Assembly (NCBI GenBank): GCA_003649205.1
Contig: QMRC01000002.1
Location: 32,001-96,000 of the forward strand
Length of the DNA stretch: 64,000 nt
Direction: 5' to 3'
Source: Thermoprotei archaeon
GTDB lineage: Archaea > Thermoproteota > Thermoprotei > Thermoproteales > B15-G16
Notes under the pieces: generated by a model
What the model was told of the DNA's origin: nothing
The model's input: only the letters and a program-made list of their open reading frames with translations
Database searches by the model: none
Program-made: the position numbers and the translations under genes
Part shown: piece by piece, positions 19,009-27,743 of the stretch
Layout of the letters: every line of letters begins with the position of its first letter
Numbering within the stretch: position 1 is the first letter of the stretch

Positions 19009-19940
19009 GAGTATGTACAGTTACATCGTACATTAGACCAATTGCTATCTCTCGTACCAGGGTACAGACCCAACCTCCTCCACATATCTAGAGTCTCCTT
19101 ACACAATGCATACTCAACACCGTAACTCCTAACGATGTCAATAATCAGTGAGTAAATCCTAAACCTCTCTTCTGGATCCACAACAAGACCCCAACCTTCC
19201 CACTTTCTCAAGTACTTCATCCACGAAGAATCCTCGTAGAGACCTCTCCTAATAGCAGCTACGACACGAGGTGTAGCTCTCAGTGTACCTACAGTAACTC
19301 TCTTCAACTCATCAACATAGCTAAGGAACCAATGAAGGAAATCACCGTAATACCTCTCCCATCCAGGTACAGGAATAACAGGATCTAACCTCACTCTCAC
19401 CTCAAAACCTCTCTTAGCTAAGGACTTAAGAGCACATACCCTATCCTGAGGACTAGGAGCAGCTCTCTCATACAACCTAGCAACTTCGGGTGCATTCAAG
19501 CTATACGATACAACTACGACCTCTCTACACCTATCATTGAGCTTCAGGAGCTTCTCAATTACAGTGCTCTTAGTCACGAAGAGTAACCTATACTCAACAC
19601 CGTACTCCACATTCAGTTCATGAACTGTCTTCGCTAAGAAGTGTGAGAGAGGTGGATCTAGGCTCTCAGCAGCTAAGCTATCAGCTAGTTCACCAGCATT
19701 CAACATCACCTCCCGTAGACTAGAGCTACACTTCCTGTAGAACTTCTCTAGACACCTCCTAAGCTCAGGGTATGGAGCTAGCTTGAGGACACCAGGAACC
19801 CTACCGTAAGCTCTCATGTAGCAGTACAGACAGTTATGAGGGCACCCTACACCCCACTTAAGTACGTAGTGAGGAGGACAAACGACAGGAGAGAACCTAT
19901 ATTCCTCAACCCTAGGCCTATAGCTGAAGACCAATTTCAT
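19005..19940 (-). CDS. spore photoproduct lyase-like radical SAM protein
   Basis: GCPHNCLYCY, NAGELADSL, VTKS, RLDPVI, TVGTLR. Confidence 0.8.
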   Translation of the reverse strand: MKLVFSYRPRVEEYRFSPVVCPPHYVLKWGVGCPHNCLYCYMRAYGRVPGVLKLAPYPELRRCLEKFYRKCSSSLREVMLNAGELADSLAAESLDPPLSHFLAKTVHELNVEYGVEYRLLFVTKSTVIEKLLKLNDRCREVVVVSYSLNAPEVARLYERAAPSPQDRVCALKSLAKRGFEVRVRLDPVIPVPGWERYYGDFLHWFLSYVDELKRVTVGTLRATPRVVAAIRRGLYEDSSWMKYLRKWEGWGLVVDPEERFRIYSLIIDIVRSYGVEYALCKETLDMWRRLGLYPGTRDSNWSNVRCNCTYS

Positions 19941-19972
19941 ACCCGTAACAATCCTCTAAACAACTCAAGAAC

Positions 19973-20770
19973 TTAATCACCTATACTCAACGTATCCCCA
20001 CAAAGCAATTCAATCACCTTACTACCAAAGACCTTACGACATACCTCAATACCAACATCACCACTACAGTGCAGTGGACAAATAGCACCCGTAAACTCTC
20101 TTAACTTCAACACCTTCTGCTTAGCAATCTCAGGAGTACCGTACACGAGATGGAGACCACCAATGAGATAAGTAACCTCATCCCTACCAAGTACCTGCGA
20201 AACAACACCTCTCAAATCCTCTACATTATAGTGAAAACAACCTGTAATCAAGACCGTAGTACCTGAACTCAACTCAATTAATATAGGAATCTCGAGTAAG
20301 TTAGGTTCATCCGTTAGAAGAGGTCTCAGCACGAAGAAACCAGGCATTAACTCAGTACTTCCCTTAATCCTCGTTACCACCTCACGACTAGAGATGCCCT
20401 GTCTCCTAAGTACTTCACCAGCTCTAGACGTCAGTATAGGACCATACACCCTCGCACCTGGACATATAGACGTTACGAGCTTTGGTAAAGCACCATAGTG
20501 ATCGATGTGCCAGTGAGTAATGACAATGGTAGATACCTTACTGAGATCTACATCTAGAACACTAGCATTATGCGTTAAATTCCTCCAATCACGACTAGTG
20601 TCGACAAGTACGTACTCACTACAACTATCGTACTCAAGATCTAGAAATAGCGCTAAACCTACAGCTCCTGGATGTGTAGATCCTCTAAACTCAGTTCTCA
20701 ACCTACTGTGCCTCGCTCTATAATCGACTAGTACAGTTAATTTCACACTACGAGGTTTCTCACTCATCAC
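19973..20770 (-). CDS. MBL-fold metallo-hydrolase (COG1237-like)
   Basis: THWHIDH, TGCFH, IGGLHL, PLHCSG. Confidence 0.85.
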   Translation of the reverse strand: MMSEKPRSVKLTVLVDYRARHSRLRTEFRGSTHPGAVGLALFLDLEYDSCSEYVLVDTSRDWRNLTHNASVLDVDLSKVSTIVITHWHIDHYGALPKLVTSICPGARVYGPILTSRAGEVLRRQGISSREVVTRIKGSTELMPGFFVLRPLLTDEPNLLEIPILIELSSGTTVLITGCFHYNVEDLRGVVSQVLGRDEVTYLIGGLHLVYGTPEIAKQKVLKLREFTGAICPLHCSGDVGIEVCRKVFGSKVIELLCGDTLSIGD

Positions 20771-20811
20771 TAAATCAACGAGCCTCAGGTACTTAGCACT
20801 TCACTAAAGAC

Positions 20812-20844
20812 GTAAAGTTTTAACTACAGTCAAGGAAACTTTAC
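20812..20844. promoter_or_regulatory. candidate XRE-family operator (inverted repeat)
   Basis: GTAAAGTTT...AAACTTTAC directly upstream of the DUF2178-XRE operon. Confidence 0.5.
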
Positions 20845-20847
20845 ATC

Positions 20848-21255
20848 ATGGGTGCCTCAATGGAAGGTAGGAGAATGATGTACCTACTCACCATAGCTCT
20901 AGGAGCAGTGCTAGGAGTGTTGATCGCCTTGAAAATGTATGTACTGTTCCTAGTGACCTTTGCTCTGGGTCTCGTACTACGCCATGCATTGGAGAGGTAC
21001 TTCAGGAAGAGAGGTGAGGTACTGTACGATGAACGTGATTACTTCGTAATGTACAAAGCAGCATACGTAACGCTGATGTTCATCTTCGTAGGTCTAGGTC
21101 CAGGCATCGCTGTAGTAATTGTACTCAGAGGTTTAGGATTAGTAGCACTAACTGCAGAGCAAGAGCTAGTTCTGTGTACACTAGCTATCTTAGTATCGAT
21201 TCAGGTACTCATATACACGATATCGAACTTAATACTTCGTAGACTTCACGGGTAG
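20848..21255 (+). CDS. DUF2178-like membrane protein
   Basis: TM-TM-DER-TM-TM pattern; paired with an XRE regulator. Confidence 0.75.
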   Translation: MGASMEGRRMMYLLTIALGAVLGVLIALKMYVLFLVTFALGLVLRHALERYFRKRGEVLYDERDYFVMYKAAYVTLMFIFVGLGPGIAVVIVLRGLGLVALTAEQELVLCTLAILVSIQVLIYTISNLILRRLHG

Positions 21256-21267
21256 TGGGAGCTAAGT

Positions 21268-21492
21268 ATGAAAAGTCGTGGAAAGGAGAAGGTAGTAGTA
21301 CTCCTTAGAGACTACAGGTTACAGAGAGGAATAACACAGGAGGAACTAGCTAAAGCACTTGGAGTTACTAGGCAAACAATCATAGCGATTGAAAAGGGTA
21401 AGTACCTACCCTCACTACCACTAGCACTTAAGATAGCGAAATACTTTGGAGTCCACGTAGAGGATATTTTCAAACTGATCGAGGAAGAATGA
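21268..21492 (+). CDS. XRE-family HTH regulator
   Basis: [28 protein letters not shown]. Confidence 0.92.
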   Translation: MKSRGKEKVVVLLRDYRLQRGITQEELAKALGVTRQTIIAIEKGKYLPSLPLALKIAKYFGVHVEDIFKLIEEE

Positions 21493-21773
21493 GGCATGAA
21501 GTTGAGAACCTCACTAAGTACTATACTCAACAACTCACTGAGCCTTAGGACTAGTTCTGAAATTATTAAGTACTTTGCATGATTGAGACCAGTAGCGTAA
21601 CTAGATGGAAAACCAACTCAAGATCAAAGTTTCACAACATTGCACTCTGGAAATAGACATGAAATGTCATGCTTAACTACTGAATGAGAGTAAGCGAAAG
21701 TGTACATATGAAAAGCATTATGAAGGATGTAAAATGCGAAAATGAAAAGTTTATAAATTATGCATAACATCAT

Positions 21774-21880
21774 GCACGAGGGCGAGGGGGTAAGGGTCAG
21801 CCTCCGAGCCTAGGCCATCTCCCTTGCGGGGTCTCCCTGCTAGGCCGTCATCATCCCCCGAGGAGCCCCGCCTCGTGCTC
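21774..21880. ncRNA. GC-rich structured RNA candidate with C and D boxes on the minus strand
   Basis: Terminal stem GCACGAGG/CCTCGTGC; minus-strand ATGATGA (21848-21854) and CTGA (21797-21800); internal GCAA tetraloop; TATA-like elements on both sides. Confidence 0.55.
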
Positions 21881-21990
21881 TACCCATACCCTCCAAGCTT
21901 GCTTAAGTCCTTTTTGCTGAATTAAAGTAACATTTCCTCTGGACTATAGGGCGGGTCTTGGTGTTCTCTGCCTGTGTTTCATGTCCGCTT

Positions 21991-22771
21991 TTAAGTCCTT
22001 GAGAATAGTTTCGACAGGTACTCTGGGTGTTCCTCTAGGTACTTGAGCAGTGCCTCTATTAGCTCTGCGTACTTCCGTACCTGTTCCTCTTTGCCTAATA
22101 CCGACGCAATATCTAGAGCTAGACCACAGTACGGACAAAATCTAGCCCCCTGTGTTACCTCCCTATTACACCTCGGGCACTTACGAGTCTGAATATCTGT
22201 CTCTGATGTAGTGACAACTATCTCGAATTCGTGCTTGTTCTCACGAACATCACTTACCTTACCTGTCTAAGCTCCCTCAACCTCAGACCTGTCTCATACA
22301 GCACAACGAAAAAGCACTTCCAGTAGGGGTCATGAATCATCTCAATGACCTTTCTCGCTACCTCAGGCTCAACGTGTCGCCTAACACTGACCTCAACCAA
22401 GTCGTACTTAGGTACCTTAACCTCACGGTACACCTGCTCAAAGTAATTAGCTAACTCAACTCTTCTCCTAGCCCTGTACTAAGCTATGAGGAACCTCAGG
22501 AACTTCTTCAATGCTGAAGCATAGCGATTAACAGCAGGTGCCCTACCTTCTCTCCTAGGCTCAGACAGGTACTACATGATACCCCACTCACACAAGCCCT
22601 CGACTCTCTGACCAACGAACCCGAGGTACATACTTGCTCAAGATAGCAGTGAATAATGCTCCACGACAAATTCTGAGAAATTAACCAACTCTCAAGTGCT
22701 TTAACCAACTCCGTCAGGAGATCTTCGTCATACATCTGGTAAGTAGGACTACTAGGCATGAATCCCTTCAC
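21991..22771 (-). pseudogene. decayed tyrosine recombinase/integrase with C-terminal zinc ribbon
   Basis: Manual translation: YASALKKFLRFL...FFVVLYETGLRLREL, then stops and frameshifts, then KCPRCNREVTQGARFCPYCGLAL; the HxxR/Tyr segment is missing. Confidence 0.75.
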
Positions 22772-22780
22772 GAGAACTTA

Positions 22781-22836
22781 ATCAGTCGGAGTCACCTTCT
22801 TCACCATTCCGTAATGCGCGAAACCCTCATCACCTA
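22781..22836 (-). ncRNA. C/D box guide sRNA
   Basis: GTGATGA-gggtttcgcgcatta-CGGA-atg-GTGAAGA-aggtgactccga-CTGA. Confidence 0.82.
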
Positions 22837-22914
22837 GCTAGATCACGAATTGTAGTGTAAAAACCTATCGTAGTCCCAACTCCTTCTAGTCACGATAGAT
22901 GGATAGATATTAGG

Positions 22915-23442
22915 GTGTGTGTAGTTAATTTAACTGGAGATGTCTTAATGAGTTTGTCCGAGAAGTTTCTCAATAAGTCATTAAGAGAGTTGTTGGAGGA
23001 ACATCCTGAGGTAGTTATTCCTACAGTTTACGTTCACGAAAGAACGAAGCTCAGTGATGTAGTGTCACTACTACTGTCATCGGAGGTAGAGCTAGTTGTC
23101 GTAACTGATAATCAGGGTAGACCTAGAGGTATCATAGCTGATCACGATATTCTCCGACTAGTTGAACCAGGGAGGAGAGCGCTATTCTCACTATCATCAA
23201 TGAGGAGAAGACACTTCAGATACCACCCAGATCTCTCAGCTGCAGATGTAATGGAGAGAAATCCACCAACCCTACACTACAGTGATCGAGTTAGGGATCT
23301 CCTAGATGTTATAACACATCACAGAGTAAATTACGTAATAGTTGTCGACGATGTTGGTAGACCAGTGGGTGTAGTGTCCTCTAGACACGTAACTAGAGGA
23401 GTCTTAAGTAGATTGAGGGAACCTGAAGAAGCGAGTTACTGA
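22915..23442 (+). CDS. CBS-domain pair protein
   Basis: Two CBS motifs (VVTDNQGRPRGII, VVDDVGRPVGVV). Confidence 0.88.
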   Translation: MCVVNLTGDVLMSLSEKFLNKSLRELLEEHPEVVIPTVYVHERTKLSDVVSLLLSSEVELVVVTDNQGRPRGIIADHDILRLVEPGRRALFSLSSMRRRHFRYHPDLSAADVMERNPPTLHYSDRVRDLLDVITHHRVNYVIVVDDVGRPVGVVSSRHVTRGVLSRLREPEEASY

Positions 23443-24824
23443 TCTCCCTTCCACTTCCTAGCTACCTCAATGAGTTTACGCACAACATCTCCTGCATCTT
23501 TGCCGAAGATGTATATGTGAGGTTCCTTACCCCAATCACCATAGTCAATTACCGCATCAGGTACGTACCCCACCTTCTTGATAGCTGTCTCGATACCCCA
23601 AGGTATTGAAGCACCCTCAGTAGCCTTAACATGCTCTGGTTCCTCTGCTCTATTGAATGACGATATTCTGTAGCCTAACTCCTTAAGCACCCTCACCAAC
23701 TCCTCACAGTACACTATATTCGCACAGGACCTAACTTCAGGATTGAACTTCATAGCTGTTAAAACAGCTCTAGCAACGTGCCTAGAAGCACCGAAGTCAG
23801 GAGCTGAAACAGCTTTAACTCTACCACCAACCCTAACAATCCTACCTGGAATACCGACAACATCCTGAATAGACTTAGCGTACGGATGAGGTAAAGCTTC
23901 AACTAAGTTCATTTGGACCTCTGGTACGAGACAAGAGACAACATCACCGTATCTCTCCAAAAGCTCAACAGCACACTTAACACTACACAAAACTCTGTAC
24001 CTCAGAGCATCCCTCTCAAGAGGAGCAAGAACATTAACAACACTATACTCGGTACCTAAGGCAATAGGGTATGAGTACTGTATCATCGTGTCGAGGAGAG
24101 AAGTACTAGCCTCAACAGCATCGACAACACCCATACCCTTAGCTAAGTGACTAGCTACTAGCGAAGACAAGACACAACCAATTCCATGAAACTTCACACC
24201 TACCCTAGTATGTTCGAAGAACTTAACAACACCACTACCCCTATCGTAGAGAACATCAATTACCTTCGACGAAGTAGGTAAATGACCACCCTTAATCAAA
24301 ACAGCTCTAGGCCCTAACTCCGTCAAGTACTTAGCAACCTCAACCACATCATCAATACCCTCAATAGATCTACCCGACAACAACTCCGCCTCCTCAATAT
24401 TTGGTGTCAGCACGGTAATGTAGCTACCCAACTCCCTCAGTAAGTATTGAAGAACTTCAAGAGGTGTCAAAGTAGTACCATCCCTAGCTCTGTGAATTGG
24501 ATCAACAACGAGAGGACACTTCAGCTCAGTTACCAGATCACGAACAAGATCAACACAGTGCCTAGACCTAATTACACCAACCTTAATACACTTAATTTCG
24601 AGGCACTTAGTCACTGAATTAACTATTTCTCTTTGGACCTTATGATCAACATCATAGACAGCATACACCCTATCGAGGTCCTGAACAACAATACACGTTG
24701 GAACCACAACTGCGTAAACACCAACAATCCTACACGTAAGTACATCAGCTACATAACCAGCACCACAACTAGGATCAAAACCAGCAACTACGAGAACAGT
24801 AGGTACATTCAAAGTAATCACCAC
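23436..24824 (-). CDS. thiDN: bifunctional HMP/HMP-P kinase-thiamine phosphate synthase (ThiD-ThiN)
   Basis: VAGFDPSCGAG, LTPNIEEA, IKGGH, HGIGC; C-terminal VPEVQMN, FGASRHVAR, GKEP. Confidence 0.9.
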   Translation of the reverse strand: MVITLNVPTVLVVAGFDPSCGAGYVADVLTCRIVGVYAVVVPTCIVVQDLDRVYAVYDVDHKVQREIVNSVTKCLEIKCIKVGVIRSRHCVDLVRDLVTELKCPLVVDPIHRARDGTTLTPLEVLQYLLRELGSYITVLTPNIEEAELLSGRSIEGIDDVVEVAKYLTELGPRAVLIKGGHLPTSSKVIDVLYDRGSGVVKFFEHTRVGVKFHGIGCVLSSLVASHLAKGMGVVDAVEASTSLLDTMIQYSYPIALGTEYSVVNVLAPLERDALRYRVLCSVKCAVELLERYGDVVSCLVPEVQMNLVEALPHPYAKSIQDVVGIPGRIVRVGGRVKAVSAPDFGASRHVARAVLTAMKFNPEVRSCANIVYCEELVRVLKELGYRISSFNRAEEPEHVKATEGASIPWGIETAIKKVGYVPDAVIDYGDWGKEPHIYIFGKDAGDVVRKLIEVARKWKGDQ

Positions 24825-24883
24825 ACTACAGCTCTAAAGTAGGTGAACTACGAGATTGGTGTGAGAACAGATATAAATAGGAG

Positions 24884-24950
24884 GTGTCAGCCGGGAGTGA
24901 CCCGCAACCCCTCACTCTGCCGCATTAAGCGGCTGTCAGGAGCGGCGTGT
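24884..24950 (-). ncRNA. GC-rich structured element upstream of thiDN (K-turn RNA candidate)
   Basis: GCCGC-ttaat-GCGGC hairpin, GAGTGA/TCACTC pairing, two CTGA boxes, ACA at the 3' end, promoter-like AAAGTATTTAAGG at 24968-24980. Confidence 0.45.
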
Positions 24951-25297
24951 ATACAGTGTATTGAGGACCTTAAATACTTTACGCGCTACTGAAATATTGA
25001 CCTAAAAATTTATTTAGTGTTTAGACAAGTAAGGAATCGACGTCTAGGTGATTACTCGATGGATCAACGTAGCGTATTCGGCACTGACTTGAACTTAGGT
25101 AAGGAACTCAAACTTCTGGATTACAGATACAACACCGCCAAGAGGAACTGTGATAGAGTCATAAGATGTGATGTTGAGGACTGCATAGTTGAGAAAACCT
25201 CCTAACAACGCTACCCCTGAAACGTAGCTAACTACCACACTGCAGCCATGGAAAAAGTGAGGTTTAAGTCTCGAGTAGAGTGTAGTCTTGAGCAGAT

Positions 25298-25768
25298 ATG
25301 TCTAGTATAGCGGACTTAGTTAGTAACTACGTACGGTACGTAGTGCTCGAAACGTACGCACACGCTACTGAGAGCTTAGATAAGGTTAAGCAAGCATTCA
25401 TCAACGTACTTCCTGAAGAACTAAGGTCTAGAGTACCCATCGTCTACGAGGTACAGGAAGGACACTACGGTAATATAGTGATCATAGTAAGAACCTTCAT
25501 AGATAGGAAGGACTACATAACGATGCTCATAGAGTACCTATCTAAGTCCATGAGCAGTACCGACAAGAACCAGCTAGGTAGTAGCCTCCGGATAAGAGTT
25601 GATGCTGCTGGTAACCTATACCTGAGATTTGATAAGCAATTAGCCTATCGTGGTATTGTGAAGTTATGTGATGGTGATGACGTTATCAAGATCAAGATCT
25701 CGTTCAATCTTAGAGCTAAGAAGTATGGTATTGATAAGCTCTGTAAGGAGTTGGGACTAATTGAGTAG
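25298..25768 (+). CDS. RNA-binding protein, predicted exosome-associated (COG1325-like)
   Basis: HATES..KV, EGHYGN, LYLRFDKQ; usual neighbour of rnp3. Confidence 0.88.
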   Translation: MSSIADLVSNYVRYVVLETYAHATESLDKVKQAFINVLPEELRSRVPIVYEVQEGHYGNIVIIVRTFIDRKDYITMLIEYLSKSMSSTDKNQLGSSLRIRVDAAGNLYLRFDKQLAYRGIVKLCDGDDVIKIKISFNLRAKKYGIDKLCKELGLIE

Positions 25769-26525
25769 GAGAAAATTCGTTGATATTGGTCTTAATCTAC
25801 GTAACTTCTCTGTTGACATACTTGAGAAACTACTGAGCTTCCTCAAAGGCCTAGGGTACAGTGGCTTCTCTACTAGGTTGATCGTTCAGTGTGGTGAGGA
25901 TTTGGGGAAGGTACTTGAGATTAGAGATGTACTGAGGAGCGTCAGTGAACGTGTTGGTCTTGAGTACATTTCGAGAGTAGATATTGTTTCGAATAGGAAG
26001 GGCTTCATTAAGCTGTGTTTGAGGAGTATTAGGAGATCATTTGAATTGGTTGCTATCGGTACCTCATCTCTTGAAGTTGCTAGATTCGCAGCTAGGGATA
26101 GGAGAGTAGATATCGTCTACTTCACTAGTGGTAGTAGGAGGCTTCTCGATGATGTTGAGTGTAGAATGCTTAGTGAAGGTGGTAAGCTACTTGAATTATC
26201 TCTCTCAAAGCTCTTGCTAGACATTAGTAAGTACTTCGCAACATATAGGTACGTCGTTGAGATGTGTAGTGAGTACGGTGTCAACATCGTATTTACTAGT
26301 GGAGCATCTTCAGTTCACGAGTTGAGAGCACCTAGGGAATTAGCTAGTGTATTAGTAGCTCTCGGTCTACCTGTGGAAAGAGCACTAGACGCTGTCTCAG
26401 ATATTGTGTGGAAAGTTGTTGAGGTTAATAGGAAGAAGTTGAGAGGTATTATCGTTGCTGAAGGGGTTGAGGTAGTTGGTAAGGAGAAGGAGGAGAAGGT
26501 ACGTAGTTCTGAAGGTACTGAGTAG
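25761..26525 (+). CDS. rnp3: RNase P protein Rpp30
   Basis: ARFAARDRRVDI, TSGASSVHELRAPREL; gene order. Confidence 0.88.
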   Translation: MSRRKFVDIGLNLRNFSVDILEKLLSFLKGLGYSGFSTRLIVQCGEDLGKVLEIRDVLRSVSERVGLEYISRVDIVSNRKGFIKLCLRSIRRSFELVAIGTSSLEVARFAARDRRVDIVYFTSGSRRLLDDVECRMLSEGGKLLELSLSKLLLDISKYFATYRYVVEMCSEYGVNIVFTSGASSVHELRAPRELASVLVALGLPVERALDAVSDIVWKVVEVNRKKLRGIIVAEGVEVVGKEKEEKVRSSEGTE

Positions 26526-26853
26526 TGAAGACATTCCACTTCAATTACTTGTTAATCACTTAGAGAGATTCCGTGAAAAGCTCTTTGGACTACTGTACTG
26601 TAGATGGGTAAACTTCAGAATAGTTTACGTAAATGAGAACGCTCGAACCCTAGTCATTCAAACCGATCACAGGTCTCTTCCCTTAGTTAGATTACTCACA
26701 TGCTTAGTGACTGAGGTTGAGAACTGCAAAGTACTGCTCTACTGTCTTAAGGTTACAGGTACTCTGCGTAAGGCGAAGGCACAGGCAGATAGTATGGGTA
26801 TTCAGGTGAAGTACATGGAGAATCTCTTTAGGGAACTACTACAAGCTATGTAG
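26476..26853 (+). CDS. rnp2: RNase P protein Pop5
   Basis: RRRRYVV...VTGTLRKA; gene order. Confidence 0.85.
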   Translation: MVRRRRRRYVVLKVLSSEDIPLQLLVNHLERFREKLFGLLYCRWVNFRIVYVNENARTLVIQTDHRSLPLVRLLTCLVTEVENCKVLLYCLKVTGTLRKAKAQADSMGIQVKYMENLFRELLQAM

Positions 26854-26924
26854 TACCTCTATCGTCCGTATCTTGTGTGTCAGTTATTTAACTCATTTGG
26901 TGCTCACATGAGATTGGTGTTGTA

Positions 26925-27743
26925 ATGAGCTTGAGGACTGAGCTTCTTACTAGGTCACTACCTAGAGTAACGTATGAGAAATTAGTGAGCTACCTCACGT
27001 TACTGTATAGGGTAGGTGGTAGAGCTAGGGTAATGGACTTAGTAGAGAGCGGTGTTGAGACCAAGGGTAGGGATGTAACGTTATTCTGTAAGAGAGTTGA
27101 ACTTATTGTTGGAGACGGGACAGGTTACGTCACATTAAGTCAATTCGGTAGGAAATTCATTGAGTTACTACAGGTAGATCAGAGAAAGGCGAAGTACTAC
27201 CTCCATAGGTACCTCTACGATAAGCTACCACACTATAGGCTATTTATTGATGTCGTTACAGAGCTAGGTGAAGCAACACGTGAAGAAATCCACAGAGTAC
27301 TCAACGATAAGGTTAAGGAGCTACTACCAGGCTCATGGATTAACAGGAACGCTATGACAGTGCTCATGGACCTAGCTAGGAAACTCGACGTTATTGAAGT
27401 TCAAGGAGGAAAGGTAAGACCTAGAGTACACGCACTAATTAACAAGCTCATTAACTCAATGAGCGAGAACGTAGTTGAGCACGAAGGCTACATCCTGGTG
27501 AGAACTGAAGACCTCTTAGCTAAGCTACAGGAGAACTTCAATCTCAGTGAAGAAAACCTAGCAAAAGTACTTCAGAAAACTATTGAGCGTAGTAGGGCTG
27601 ATGGGCTAGTGACGACAATACTAGCACCAACATCACATCCACTCATCTCACCAGAGATCTCAATTCTAAAGATACCACGTGATAAGCTACCTCAATTCAT
27701 GGACCTACTGATACAGGAGGTGATCACACTTGAGAAATCCTAA
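26925..27743 (+). CDS. uncharacterised multi-wHTH protein (first gene of the ATPase-NurA operon)
   Basis: Helix-wing patterns (VTLSQFGRKF, LMDLARKLDVIEVQGGKV); overlaps the next gene. Confidence 0.7.
   Translation: MSLRTELLTRSLPRVTYEKLVSYLTLLYRVGGRARVMDLVESGVETKGRDVTLFCKRVELIVGDGTGYVTLSQFGRKFIELLQVDQRKAKYYLHRYLYDKLPHYRLFIDVVTELGEATREEIHRVLNDKVKELLPGSWINRNAMTVLMDLARKLDVIEVQGGKVRPRVHALINKLINSMSENVVEHEGYILVRTEDLLAKLQENFNLSEENLAKVLQKTIERSRADGLVTTILAPTSHPLISPEISILKIPRDKLPQFMDLLIQEVITLEKS

Noticed and set aside
24884-24950. TPP riboswitch upstream of thiDN
   Set aside because: Lacks the conserved aptamer motifs; kept only as an unassigned element
25017-25205. 62-aa ORF upstream of COG1325
   Set aside because: No similarity to rpl15e or any family I recognise
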